From: Lingula anatina
Taxonomy: Eukaryota > Animalia > Brachiopoda
Assembly (NCBI GenBank): GCA_051362555.1
Contig: CM120647.1
Span: 13,120,651 to 13,184,650, forward strand
Direction: 5' to 3'
Length of the DNA stretch: 64,000 nt
Below, piece after piece: positions 25,701-40,700 of this stretch; position 1 is the stretch's first letter; each line of letters begins with the position of its first letter. Position numbers and translations under genes: made by a program. The notes under the pieces were generated by a model. The model made no database searches and was not told where the DNA came from. It was given only the letters and a program-made list of their open reading frames with translations.

Positions 25701-28700
25701 CCAAGGTGTGAACAGCTGTGGATCTCATCGCGCTCTTTAACGTCAAAGGTGAAACCACACGTTATCTCATTGCAAAATAAAATGAAACTAAAAACATCTG
25801 AACTCATCTTACTAGGAACATTTCCAGCGGATAAGCAATGAAACCGATCGACCTTGTATTGATTCAGTAGCTTCAGGTATAACAGCACGTCATACCACCA
25901 ACCGATCGACCTTGAATTGATTCAGTAGCTTCAGGTATAACAAACAACACGTCATACCACCTGTTAACCGCGTTCACCCGAAAAAAAATTTCTTCTGGGC
26001 AGAATTATTTGCCAAATATGTTTTACTCGAAATTCGCATCGACGCAATTGCTTGAATGGAAAACACACCAGTTTTCTGCACATTTGAACGTTTTAATTAC
26101 AATATACGCTTATTATCCGTTTTGTGAGCAAACGCATTTTTCTTACGGTATAGAACATAACAATAAAATGAAAAAGCAGGGCAAGTTAAGATTACTTGTC
26201 TTGCAAAAGTTTGTTGTAATTGTTTATATAATGGATAGGTCTACGTTATCAATAAATACGTTACCAAAAAACGTGAAGGTATTGTTTTCTGTTTTCATTC
26301 TTTGTTGTCCTTTGGTGCGACACTGTGGATGCGTGCGACGTTGTACATGTGCGCACGCATGTATATACGTCGCTCATCCTTCTTTGTTACGTTATTATGA
26401 TACATACGTTACCATGAAGCGTGTAAATATACATTTATTCTATTTACATTGGTTGTCTTTTGTTTTGTGGGCACAAAACACTTCTGCCTTAAAGTGTTGG
26501 CCCACAAAACGAAAGACAAACCACTGTAAATAAAATAAATAAATATTTACACGGATCACGGTAACGTATATATCGGTAACGTATGTATCATTTTAACGTA
26601 ACAAAGAAGAATGAGCGACGTATAAACATGCGTGCGCACATATACAACGTCACGCGCACACACAGAGTCTTGACAAAGGACAACAAACAATGAAATCAAA
26701 AAATCATGAACTTTTAAAACGGTCATGAAAAACCTTGGTCGAGGACTGGGGTTGCCCGGGTTGAAATAGGGCACCCGGATTATCGATTGAAATAGCAAAT
26801 ATATACACATGTACATCCAAACTGGCCCTCTCCCTGACAAGCTAGAAAATTTCCATTTGATCCATCACTCAGCAACGAAGCTTCTGTGGCTCCGTGGTAA
26901 CTCCGTTGCCTTGTGCGTGAGTGTATCCTTGTCCGCTGGTTCGAGACCCAGCAAAATGACTCTGATATTTTTTTCCTAAAAGTAATCTGTAAAATTTGCT
27001 TTTGATTACTATAAGAGGAAACTCGTACCTACGGAGGGTGGGCGGGTCAGTCACGGCGCAGTCGGTAGCGTGCTTGGATGCAAAAAAACAATACAAAGCG
27101 TCACCAACCATGGTAACGAGAAGTCACGAGTTCGAATCCCGGATGAGGCACGTCAGTCCGTCACGACAACGACCTTGCCCCCTGTTCGGGCAGTAACCAG
27201 AACGAATGCGGGCTCTCGTGGGTCCTAGCAATTTACCTTTTGCACAATAAAACGATATACTTGAGAATAAGTGATGGATTTAAAAAGAACATAGTAGCAT
27301 AAAGTCTGCGTCGTCAATAATATGACATGGGAATGGTCATTGATCTCTATCTTTTTCCAGCTACGTCACCGATCAAACTTGCATTGAGCTATTGCTAACC
27401 GCGTATAGAGCCTCGCCTGTCATACTGCAATTTCAGCAAAATGGGCTCTTTTCTCGGTGGGATTTTCAGAGGAAAAAAGTTTTATTTTTTACAAAAGTCG
27501 CCCCGCCGCTATTGCTTTTACCAGTTGTAAACTACGTTTGTCTTCTTATGCACCCCCTTCCTATCTTGGGTCCATGCTTCTCGAGACGGTTCATATGTTC
27601 ATTCAGTACCCGAGGCAACTCCACAGTCAACAATGAAAGAGTAAAATCTACTCAAAACTGAAACCGCCAAGGTGTGAACAGCTGTGGATCTCATCGCGCT
27701 CTTTAACGTCAAAGGTGAAACCACACGTTATCTCATTGCAAAATAAAATGAAACTAAAAACATCTGAACTCATCTTACTAGGAACATTTCCAGCGGATAA
27801 GCAATGAAACCGATCGACCTTGTATTGATTCAGTAGCTTCAGGTATAACAGCACGTCATACCACCAACCGATCGACCTTGAATTGATTCAGTAGCTTCAG
27901 GTATAACAAACAACACGTCATACCACCTGTTAACCGCGTTCACCCGAAAAAAAATTTCTTCTGGGCAGAATTATTTGCCAAATATGTTTTACTCGAAATT
28001 CGCATCGACGCAATTGCTTGAATGGAAAACACACCAGTTTTCTGCACATTTGAACGTTTTAATTACAATATACGCTTATTATCCGTTTTGTGAGCAAACG
28101 CATTTTTCTTACGGTATAGAACATAACAATAAAATGAAAAAGCAGGGCAAGTTAAGATTACTTGTCTTGCAAAAGTTTGTTGTAATTGTTTATATAATGG
28201 ATAGGTCTACGTTATCAATAAATACGTTACCAAAAAACGTGAAGGTATTGTTTTCTGTTTTCATTCTTTGTTGTCCTTTGGTGCGACACTGTGGATGCGT
28301 GCGACGTTGTACATGTGCGCACGCATGTATATACGTCGCTCATCCTTCTTTGTTACGTTATTATGATACATACGTTACCATGAAGCGTGTAAATATACAT
28401 TTATTCTATTTACATTGGTTGTCTTTTGTTTTGTGGGCACAAAACACTTCTGCCTTAAAGTGTTGGCCCACAAAACGAAAGACAAACCACTGTAAATAAA
28501 ATAAATAAATATTTACACGGATCACGGTAACGTATATATCGGTAACGTATGTATCATTTTAACGTAACAAAGAAGAATGAGCGACGTATAAACATGCGTG
28601 CGCACATATACAACGTCACGCGCACACACAGAGTCTTGACAAAGGACAACAAACAATGAAATCAAAAAATCATGAACTTTTAAAACGGTCATGAAAAACC

Positions 28701-31700
28701 TTGGTCGAGGACTGGGGTTGCCCGGGTTGAAATAGGGCACCCGGATTATCGATTGAAATAGCAAATATATACACATGTACATCCAAACTGGCCCTCTCCC
28801 TGACAAGCTAGAAAATTTCCATTTGATCCATCACTCAGCAACGAAGCTTCTGTGGCTCCGTGGTAACTCCGTTGCCTTGTGCGTGAGTGTATCCTTGTCC
28901 GCTGGTTCGAGACCCAGCAAAATGACTCTGATATTTTTTTCCTAAAAGTAATCTGTAAAATTTGCTTTTGATTACTATAAGAGGAAACTCGTACCTACGG
29001 AGGGTGGGCGGGTCAGTCACGGCGCAGTCGGTAGCGTGCTTGGATGCAAAAAAACAATACAAAGCGTCACCAACCATGGTAACGAGAAGTCACGAGTTCG
29101 AATCCCGGATGAGGCACGTCAGTCCGTCACGACAACGACCTTGCCCCCTGTTCGGGCAGTAACCAGAACGAATGCGGGCTCTCGTGGGTCCTAGCAATTT
29201 ACCTTTTGCACAATAAAACGATATACTTGAGAATAAGTGATGGATTTAAAAAGAACATAGTAGCATAAAGTCTGCGTCGTCAATAATATGACATGGGAAT
29301 GGTCATTGATCTCTATCTTTTTCCAGCTACGTCACCGATCAAACTTGCATTGAGCTATTGCTAACCGCGTATAGAGCCTCGCCTGTCATACTGCAATTTC
29401 AGCAAAATGGGCTCTTTTCTCGGTGGGATTTTCAGAGGAAAAAAGTTTTATTTTTTACAAAAGTCGCCCCGCCGCTATTGCTTTTACCAGTTGTAAACTA
29501 CGTTTGTCTTCTTATGCACCCCCTTCCTATCTTGGGTCCATGCTTCTCGAGACGGTTCATATGTTCATTCAGTACCCGAGGCAACTCCACAGTCAACAAT
29601 GAAAGAGTAAAATCTACTCAAAACTGAAACCGCCAAGGTGTGAACAGCTGTGGATCTCATCGCGCTCTTTAACGTCAAAGGTGAAACCACACGTTATCTC
29701 ATTGCAAAATAAAATGAAACTAAAAACATCTGAACTCATCTTACTAGGAACATTTCCAGCGGATAAGCAATGAAACCGATCGACCTTGTATTGATTCAGT
29801 AGCTTCAGGTATAACAGCACGTCATACCACCAACCGATCGACCTTGAATTGATTCAGTAGCTTCAGGTATAACAAACAACACGTCATACCACCTGTTAAC
29901 CGCGTTCACCCGAAAAAAAATTTCTTCTGGGCAGAATTATTTGCCAAATATGTTTTACTCGAAATTCGCATCGACGCAATTGCTTGAATGGAAAACACAC
30001 CAGTTTTCTGCACATTTGAACGTTTTAATTACAATATACGCTTATTATCCGTTTTGTGAGCAAACGCATTTTTCTTACGGTATAGAACATAACAATAAAA
30101 TGAAAAAGCAGGGCAAGTAAAGATTACTTGTCTTGAAAAAGTTTGTTGTAATTGTTTATATAATGGATAGGTCTACGTTATCAATAAATACGTTACCAAA
30201 AAACGTGAAGGTATTGTTTTCTGTTTTCATTCTTTGTTGTCCTTTGGTGCGACACTGTGGATGCGTGCGACGTTGTACATGTGCGCACGCATGTATATAC
30301 GTCGCTCATCCTTCTTTGTTACGTTATTATGATACATACGTTACCATGAAGCGTGTAAATATACATTTATTCTATTTACATTGGTTGTCTTTTGTTTTGT
30401 GGGCACAAAACACTTCTGCCTTAAAGTGTTGGCCCACAAAACGAAAGACAAACCACTGTAAATAAAATAAATAAATATTTACACGGATCACGGTAACGTA
30501 TATATCGGTAACGTATGTATCATTTTAACGTAACAAAGAAGAATGAGCGACGTATAAACATGCGTGCGCACATATACAACGTCACGCGCACACACAGAGT
30601 CTTGACAAAGGACAACAAACAATGAAATCAAAAAATCATGAACTTTTAAAACGGTCATGAAAAACCTTGGTCGAGGACTGGGGTTGCCCGGGTTGAAATA
30701 GGGCACCCGGATTATCGATTGAAATAGCAAATATATACACATGTACATCCAAACTGGCCCTCTCCCTGACAAGCTAGAAAATTTCCATTTGATCCATCAC
30801 TCAGCAACGAAGCTTCTGTGGCTCCGTGGTAACTCCGTTGCCTTGTGCGTGAGTGTATCCTTGTCCGCTGGTTCGAGACCCAGCAAAATGACTCTGATAT
30901 TTTTTTCCTAAAAGTAATCTGTAAAATTTGCGTTTGATTACTATAAGAGGAAACTCGTACCTACGGAGGGTGGGCGGGTCAGTCACGGCGCAGTCGGTAG
31001 CGTGCTTGGATGCAAAAAAACAATACAAAGCGTCACCAACCATGGTAACGAGAAGTCACGAGTTCGAATCCCGGATGAGGCACGTCAGTCCGTCACGACA
31101 ACGACCTTGCCACCTGTTCGGGCAGTAACCAGAACGAATGCGGGCTCTCGTGGGTCCTAGCAATTTACCTTTTGCACAATAAAACGATATACTTGAGAAT
31201 AAGTGATGGATTTAAAAAGAACATAGTAGCATAAAGTCTGCGTCGTCAATAATATGACATGGGAATGGTCATTGATCTCTATCTTTTTCCAGCTACGTCA
31301 CCGATCAAACTTGCATTGAGCTATTGCTAACCGCGTATAGAGCCTCGCCTGTCTTACTGCAATTTCAGCAAAATGGGCTCTTTTCTCGGTGGGATTTTCA
31401 GAGGAAAAAAGTTTTATTTTTTACAAAAGTCGCCCCGCCGCTATTGCTTTTACCAGTTGTAAACTACGTTTGTCTTCTTATGCACCCCCTTCCTATCTTG
31501 GGTCCATGCTTCTCGAGACGGTTCATATGTTCATTCAGTACCCGAGGCAACTCCACAGTCAACAATGAAAGAGTAAAATCTACTCAAAACTGAAACCGCC
31601 AAGGTGTGAACAGCTGTGGATCTCATCGCGCTCTTTAACGTCAAAGGTGAAACCACACGTTATCTCATTGCAAAATAAAATGAAACTAAAAACATCTGAA

Positions 31701-34700
31701 CTCATCTTACTAGGAACATTTCCAGCGGATAAGCAATGAAACCGATCGACCTTGTATTGATTCAGTAGCTTCAGGTATAACAGCACGTCATACCACCAAC
31801 CGATCGACCTTGAATTGATTCAGTAGCTTCAGGTATAACAAACAACACGTCATACCACCTGTTAACCGCGTTCACCCGAAAAAAAATTTCTTCTGGGCAG
31901 AATTATTTGCCAAATATGTTTTACTCGAAATTCGCATCGACGCAATTGCTTGAATGGAAAACACACCAGTTTTCTGCACATTTGAACGTTTTAATTACAA
32001 TATACGCTTATTATCCGTTTTGTGAGCAAACGCATTTTTCTTACGGTATAGAACATAACAATAAAATGAAAAAGCAGGGCAAGTAAAGATTACTTGTCTT
32101 GAAAAAGTTTGTTGTAATTGTTTATATAATGGATAGGTCTACGTTATCAATAAATACGTTACCAAAAAACGTGAAGGTATTGTTTTCTGTTTTCATTCTT
32201 TGTTGTCCTTTGGTGCGACACTGTGGATGCGTGCGACGTTGTACATGTGCGCACGCATGTATATACGTCGCTCATCCTTCTTTGTTACGTTATTATGATA
32301 CATACGTTACCATGAAGCGTGTAAATATACATTTATTCTATTTACATTGGTTGTCTTTTGTTTTGTGGGCACAAAACACTTCTGCCTTAAAGTGTTGGCC
32401 CACAAAACGAAAGACAAACCACTGTAAATAAAATAAATAAATATTTACACGGATCACGGTAACGTATATATCGGTAACGTATGTATCATTTTAACGTAAC
32501 AAAGAAGAATGAGCGACGTATAAACATGCGTGCGCACATATACAACGTCACGCGCACACACAGAGTCTTGACAAAGGACAACAAACAATGAAATCAAAAA
32601 ATCATGAACTTTTAAAACGGTCATGAAAAACCTTGGTCGAGGACTGGGGTTGCCCGGGTTGAAATAGGGCACCCGGATTATCGATTGAAATAGCAAATAT
32701 ATACACATGTACATCCAAACTGGCCCTCTCCCTGACAAGCTAGAAAATTTCCATTTGATCCATCACTCAGCAACGAAGCTTCTGTGGCTCCGTGGTAACT
32801 CCGTTGCCTTGTGCGTGAGTATATCCTTGTCCGCTGGTTCGAGACCCAGCAAAATGACTCTAATATTTTTTTCCTAAAAGTAATCTGTAAAATTTGCTTT
32901 TGATTACTATAAGAGGAAACTCGTACCTACGGAGGGTGGGCGGGTCAGTCACGGCGCAGTCGGTAGCGTGCTTGGATGCAAAAAAACAATACAAAGCGTC
33001 ACCAACCATGGTAACGAGAAGTCACGAGTTCGAATCCCGGATGAGGCACGTCAGTCCGTCACGACAACGACCTTGCCCCCTGTTCGGGCAGTAACCAGAA
33101 CGAATGCGGGCTCTCGTGGGTCCTAGCAATTTACCTTTTGCACAATAAAACGATATACTTGAGAATAAGTGATGGATTTAAAAAGAACATAGTAGCATAA
33201 AGTCTGCGTCGTCAATAATATGACATGGGAATGGTCATTGATCTCTATCTTTTTCCAGCTACGTCACCGATCAAACTTGCATTGAGCTATTGCTAACCGC
33301 GTATAGAGCCTCGCCTGTCATACTGCAATTTCAGCAAAATGGGCTCTTTTCTCGGTGGGATTTTCAGAGGAAAAAAGTTTTATTTTTTACAAAAGTCGCC
33401 CCGCCGCTATTGCTTTTACCAGTTGTAAACTACGTTTGTCTTCTTATGCACCCCCTTCCTATCTTGGGTCCATGCTTCTCGAGACGGTTCATATGTTCAT
33501 TCAGTACCCGAGGCAACTCCACAGTCAACAATGAAAGAGTAAAATCTACTCAAAACTGAAACCGCCAAGGTGTGAACAGCTGTGGATCTCATCGCGCTCT
33601 TTAACGTCAAAGGTGAAACCACACGTTATCTCATTGCAAAATAAAATGAAACTAAAAACATCTGAACTCATCTTACTAGGAACATTTCCAGCGGATAAGC
33701 AATGAAACCGATCGACCTTGTATTGATTCAGTAGCTTCAGGTATAACAGCACGTCATACCACCAACCGATCGACCTTGAATTGATTCAGTAGCTTCAGGT
33801 ATAACAAACAACACGTCATACCACCTGTTAACCGCGTTCACCCGAAAAAAAATTTCTTCTGGGCAGAATTATTTGCCAAATATGTTTTACTCGAAATTCG
33901 CATCGACGCAATTGCTTGAATGGAAAACACACCAGTTTTCTGCACATTTGAACGTTTTAATTACAATATACGCTTATTATCCGTTTTGTGAGCAAACGCA
34001 TTTTTCTTACGGTATAGAACATAACAATAAAATGAAAAAGCAGGGCAAGTAAAGATTACTTGTCTTGAAAAAGTTTGTTGTAATTGTTTATATAATGGAT
34101 AGGTCTACGTTATCAATAAATACGTTACCAAAAAACGTGAAGGTATTGTTTTCTGTTTTCATTCTTTGTTGTCCTTTGGTGCGACACTGTGGATGCGTGC
34201 GACGTTGTACATGTGCGCACGCATGTATATACGTCGCTCATCCTTCTTTGTTACGTTATTATGATACATACGTTACCATGAAGCGTGTAAATATACATTT
34301 ATTCTATTTACATTGGTTGTCTTTTGTTTTGTGGGCACAAAACACTTCTGCCTTAAAGTGTTGGCCCACAAAACGAAAGACAAACCACTGTAAATAAAAT
34401 AAATAAATATTTACACGGATCACGGTAACGTATATATCGGTAACGTATGTATCATTTTAACGTAACAAAGAAGAATGAGCGACGTATAAACATGCGTGCG
34501 CACATATACAACGTCACGCGCACACACAGAGTCTTGACAAAGGACAACAAACAATGAAATCAAAAAATCATGAACTTTTAAAACGGTCATGAAAAACCTT
34601 GGTCGAGGACTGGGGTTGCCCGGGTTGAAATAGGGCATCCGGATTATCGATTGAAATAGCAAATATATACACATGTACATCCAAACTGGCCCTCTCCCTG

Positions 34701-37700
34701 ACAAGCTAGAAAATTTCCATTTGATCCATCACTCAGCAACGAAGCTTCTGTGGCTCCGTGGTAACTCCGTTGCCTTGTGCGTGAGTGTATCCTTGTCCGC
34801 TGGTTCGAGACCCAGCAAAATGACTCTGATATTTTTTTCCTAAAAGTAATCTGTAAAATTTGCGTTTGATTACTATAAGAGGAAACTCGTACCTACGGAG
34901 GGTGGGCGGGTCAGTCACGGCGCAGTCGGTAGCGTGCTTGGATGCAAAAAAACAATACAAAGCGTCACCAACCATGGTAACGAGAAGTCACGAGTTCGAA
35001 TCCCGGATGAGGCACGTCAGTCCGTCACGACAACGACCTTGCCACCTGTTCGGGCAGTAACCAGAACGAATGCGGGCTCTCGTGGGTCCTAGCAATTTAC
35101 CTTTTGCACAATAAAACGATATACTTGAGAATAAGTGATGGATTTAAAAAGAACATAGTAGCATAAAGTCTGCGTCGTCAATAATATGACATGGGAATGG
35201 TCATTGATCTCTATCTTTTTCCAGCTACGTCACCGATCAAACTTGCATTGAGCTATTGCTAACCGCGTATAGAGCCTCGCCTGTCTTACTGCAATTTCAG
35301 CAAAATGGGCTCTTTTCTCGGTGGGATTTTCAGAGGAAAAAAGTTTTATTTTTTACAAAAGTCGCCCCGCCGCTATTGCTTTTACCAGTTGTAAACTACG
35401 TTTGTCTTCTTATGCACCCCCTTCCTATCTTGGGTCCATGCTTCTCGAGACGGTTCATATGTTCATTCAGTACCCGAGGCAACTCCACAGTCAACAATGA
35501 AAGAGTAAAATCTACTCAAAACTGAAACCGCCAAGGTGTGAACAGCTGTGGATCTCATCGCGCTCTTTAACGTCAAAGGTGAAACCACACGTTATCTCAT
35601 TGCAAAATAAAATGAAACTAAAAACATCTGAACTCATCTTACTAGGAACATTTCCAGCGGATAAGCAATGAAACCGATCGACCTTGTATTGATTCAGTAG
35701 CTTCAGGTATAACAGCACGTCATACCACCAACCGATCGACCTTGAATTGATTCAGTAGCTTCAGGTATAACAAACAACACGTCATACCACCTGTTAACCG
35801 CGTTCACCCGAAAAAAAATTTCTTCTGGGCAGAATTATTTGCCAAATATGTTTTACTCGAAATTCGCATCGACGCAATTGCTTGAATGGAAAACACACCA
35901 GTTTTCTGCACATTTGAACGTTTTAATTACAATATACGCTTATTATCCGTTTTGTGAGCAAACGCATTTTTCTTACGGTATAGAACATAACAATAAAATG
36001 AAAAAGCAGGGCAAGTAAAGATTACTTGTCTTGAAAAAGTTTGTTGTAATTGTTTATATAATGGATAGGTCTACGTTATCAATAAATACGTTACCAAAAA
36101 ACGTGAAGGTATTGTTTTCTGTTTTCATTCTTTGTTGTCCTTTGGTGCGACACTGTGGATGCGTGCGACGTTGTACATGTGCGCACGCATGTATATACGT
36201 CGCTCATCCTTCTTTGTTACGTTATTATGATACATACGTTACCATGAAGCGTGTAAATATACATTTATTCTATTTACATTGGTTGTCTTTTGTTTTGTGG
36301 GCACAAAACACTTCTGCCTTAAAGTGTTGGCCCACAAAACGAAAGACAAACCACTGTAAATAAAATAAATAAATATTTACACGGATCACGGTAACGTATA
36401 TATCGGTAACGTATGTATCATTTTAACGTAACAAAGAAGAATGAGCGACGTATAAACATGCGTGCGCACATATACAACGTCACGCGCACACACAGAGTCT
36501 TGACAAAGGACAACAAACAATGAAATCAAAAAATCATGAACTTTTAAAACGGTCATGAAAAACCTTGGTCGAGGACTGGGGTTGCCCGGGTTGAAATAGG
36601 GCACCCGGATTATCGATTGAAATAGCAAATATATACACATGTACATCCAAACTGGCCCTCTCCCTGACAAGCTAGAAAATTTCCATTTGATCCATCACTC
36701 AGCAACGAAGCTTCTGTGGCTCCGTGGTAACTCCGTTGCCTTGTGCGTGAGTATATCCTTGTCCGCTGGTTCGAGACCCAGCAAAATGACTCTAATATTT
36801 TTTTCCTAAAAGTAATCTGTAAAATTTGCTTTTGATTACTATAAGAGGAAACTCGTACCTACGGAGGGTGGGCGGGTCAGTCACGGCGCAGTCGGTAGCG
36901 TGCTTGGATGCAAAAAAACAATACAAAGCGTCACCAACCATGGTAACGAGAAGTCACGAGTTCGAATCCCGGATGAGGCACGTCAGTCCGTCACGACAAC
37001 GACCTTGCCCCCTGTTCGGGCAGTAACCAGAACGAATGCGGGCTCTCGTGGGTCCTAGCAATTTACCTTTTGCACAATAAAACGATATACTTGAGAATAA
37101 GTGATGGATTTAAAAAGAACATAGTAGCATAAAGTCTGCGTCGTCAATAATATGACATGGGAATGGTCATTGATCTCTATCTTTTTCCAGCTACGTCACC
37201 GATCAAACTTGCATTGAGCTATTGCTAACCGCGTATAGAGCCTCGCCTGTCATACTGCAATTTCAGCAAAATGGGCTCTTTTCTCGGTGGGATTTTCAGA
37301 GGAAAAAAGTTTTATTTTTTACAAAAGTCGCCCCGCCGCTATTGCTTTTACCAGTTGTAAACTACGTTTGTCTTCTTATGCACCCCCTTCCTATCTTGGG
37401 TCCATGCTTCTCGAGACGGTTCATATGTTCATTCAGTACCCGAGGCAACTCCACAGTCAACAATGAAAGAGTAAAATCTACTCAAAACTGAAACCGCCAA
37501 GGTGTGAACAGCTGTGGATCTCATCGCGCTCTTTAACGTCAAAGGTGAAACCACACGTTATCTCATTGCAAAATAAAATGAAACTAAAAACATCTGAACT
37601 CATCTTACTAGGAACATTTCCAGCGGATAAGCAATGAAACCGATCGACCTTGTATTGATTCAGTAGCTTCAGGTATAACAGCACGTCATACCACCAACCG

Positions 37701-40700
37701 ATCGACCTTGAATTGATTCAGTAGCTTCAGGTATAACAAACAACACGTCATACCACCTGTTAACCGCGTTCACCCGAAAAAAAATTTCTTCTGGGCAGAA
37801 TTATTTGCCAAATATGTTTTACTCGAAATTCGCATCGACGCAATTGCTTGAATGGAAAACACACCAGTTTTCTGCACATTTGAACGTTTTAATTACAATA
37901 TACGCTTATTATCCGTTTTGTGAGCAAACGCATTTTTCTTACGGTATAGAACATAACAATAAAATGAAAAAGCAGGGCAAGTAAAGATTACTTGTCTTGA
38001 AAAAGTTTGTTGTAATTGTTTATATAATGGATAGGTCTACGTTATCAATAAATACGTTACCAAAAAACGTGAAGGTATTGTTTTCTGTTTTCATTCTTTG
38101 TTGTCCTTTGGTGCGACACTGTGGATGCGTGCGACGTTGTACATGTGCGCACGCATGTATATACGTCGCTCATCCTTCTTTGTTACGTTATTATGATACA
38201 TACGTTACCATGAAGCGTGTAAATATACATTTATTCTATTTACATTGGTTGTCTTTTGTTTTGTGGGCACAAAACACTTCTGCCTTAAAGTGTTGGCCCA
38301 CAAAACGAAAGACAAACCACTGTAAATAAAATAAATAAATATTTACACGGATCACGGTAACGTATATATCGGTAACGTATGTATCATTTTAACGTAACAA
38401 AGAAGAATGAGCGACGTATAAACATGCGTGCGCACATATACAACGTCACGCGCACACACAGAGTCTTGACAAAGGACAACAAACAATGAAATCAAAAAAT
38501 CATGAACTTTTAAAACGGTCATGAAAAACCTTGGTCGAGGACTGGGGTTGCCCGGGTTGAAATAGGGCACCCGGATTATCGATTGAAATAGCAAATATAT
38601 ACACATGTACATCCAAACTGGCCCTCTCCCTGACAAGCTAGAAAATTTCCATTTGATCCATCACTCAGCAACGAAGCTTCTGTGGCTCCGTGGTAACTCC
38701 GTTGCCTTGTGCGTGAGTATATCCTTGTCCGCTGGTTCGAGACCCAGCAAAATGACTCTAATATTTTTTTCCTAAAAGTAATCTGTAAAATTTGCTTTTG
38801 ATTACTATAAGAGGAAACTCGTACCTACGGAGGGTGGGCGGGTCAGTCACGGCGCAGTCGGTAGCGTGCTTGGATGCAAAAAAACAATACAAAGCGTCAC
38901 CAACCATGGTAACGAGAAGTCACGAGTTCGAATCCCGGATGAGGCACGTCAGTCCGTCACGACAACGACCTTGCCCCCTGTTCGGGCAGTAACCAGAACG
39001 AATGCGGGCTCTCGTGGGTCCTAGCAATTTACCTTTTGCACAATAAAACGATATACTTGAGAATAAGTGATGGATTTAAAAAGAACATAGTAGCATAAAG
39101 TCTGCGTCGTCAATAATATGACATGGGAATGGTCATTGATCTCTATCTTTTTCCAGCTACGTCACCGATCAAACTTGCATTGAGCTATTGCTAACCGCGT
39201 ATAGAGCCTCGCCTGTCATACTGCAATTTCAGCAAAATGGGCTCTTTTCTCGGTGGGATTTTCAGAGGAAAAAAGTTTTATTTTTTACAAAAGTCGCCCC
39301 GCCGCTATTGCTTTTACCAGTTGTAAACTACGTTTGTCTTCTTATGCACCCCCTTCCTATCTTGGGTCCATGCTTCTCGAGACGGTTCATATGTTCATTC
39401 AGTACCCGAGGCAACTCCACAGCCAACAATGAATAGTAAAATCTACTCAAAACTGAAACCGCCAAGGTGTGAACAGCTGTGGATCTCATCGCGCTCTTTA
39501 ACGTCAAAGGTGAAACCACACGTTATCTCATTGCAAAATAAAATGAAACTAAAAACATCTGAACTCATCTTACTAGGAACATTTCCAGCGGATAAGCAAT
39601 GAAACCGATCGACCTTGTATTGATTCAGTAGCTTCAGGTATAACAGCACGTCATACCACCAACCGATCGACCTTGAATTGATTCAGTAGCTTCAGGTATA
39701 ACAAACAACACGTCATACCACCTGTTAACCGCGTTCACCCGAAAAAAAATTTCTTCTGGGCAGAATTATTTGCCAAATATGTTTTACTCGAAATTCGCAT
39801 CGACGCAATTGCTTGAATGGAAAACACACCAGTTTTCTGCACATTTGAACGTTTTAATTACAATATACGCTTATTATCCGTTTTGTGAGCAAACGCATTT
39901 TTCTTACGGTATAGAACATAACAATAAAATGAAAAAGCAGGGCAAGTTAAGATTACTTGTCTTGAAAAAGTTTGTTGTAATTGTTTATATAATGGATAGG
40001 TCTACGTTATCAATAAATACGTTACCAAAAAACGTGAAGGTATTGTTTTCTGTTTTCATTCTTTGTTGTCCTTTGGTGCGACACTGTGGATGCGTGCGAC
40101 GTTGTACATGTGCGCACGCATGTATATACGTCGCTCATCCTTCTTTGTTACGTTATTATGATACATACGTTACCATGAAGCGTGTAAATATACATTTATT
40201 CTATTTACATTGGTTGTCTTTTGTTTTGTGGGCACAAAACACTTCTGCCTTAAAGTGTTGGCCCACAAAACGAAAGACAAACCACTGTAAATAAAATAAA
40301 TAAATATTTACACGGATCACGGTAACGTATATATCGGTAACGTATGTATCATTTTAACGTAACAAAGAAGAATGAGCGACGTATAAACATGCGTGCGCAC
40401 ATATACAACGTCACGCGCACACACAGAGTCTTGACAAAGGACAACAAACAATGAAATCAAAAAATCATGAACTTTTAAAACGGTCATGAAAAACCTTGGT
40501 CGAGGACTGGGGTTGCCCGGGTTGAAATAGGGCACCCGGATTATCGATTGAAATAGCAAATATATACACATGTACATCCAAACTGGCCCTCTCCCTGACA
40601 AGCTAGAAAATTTCCATTTGATCCATCACTCAGCAACGAAGCTTCTGTGGCTCCGTGGTAACTCCGTTGCCTTGTGCGTGAGTGTATCCTTGTCCGCTGG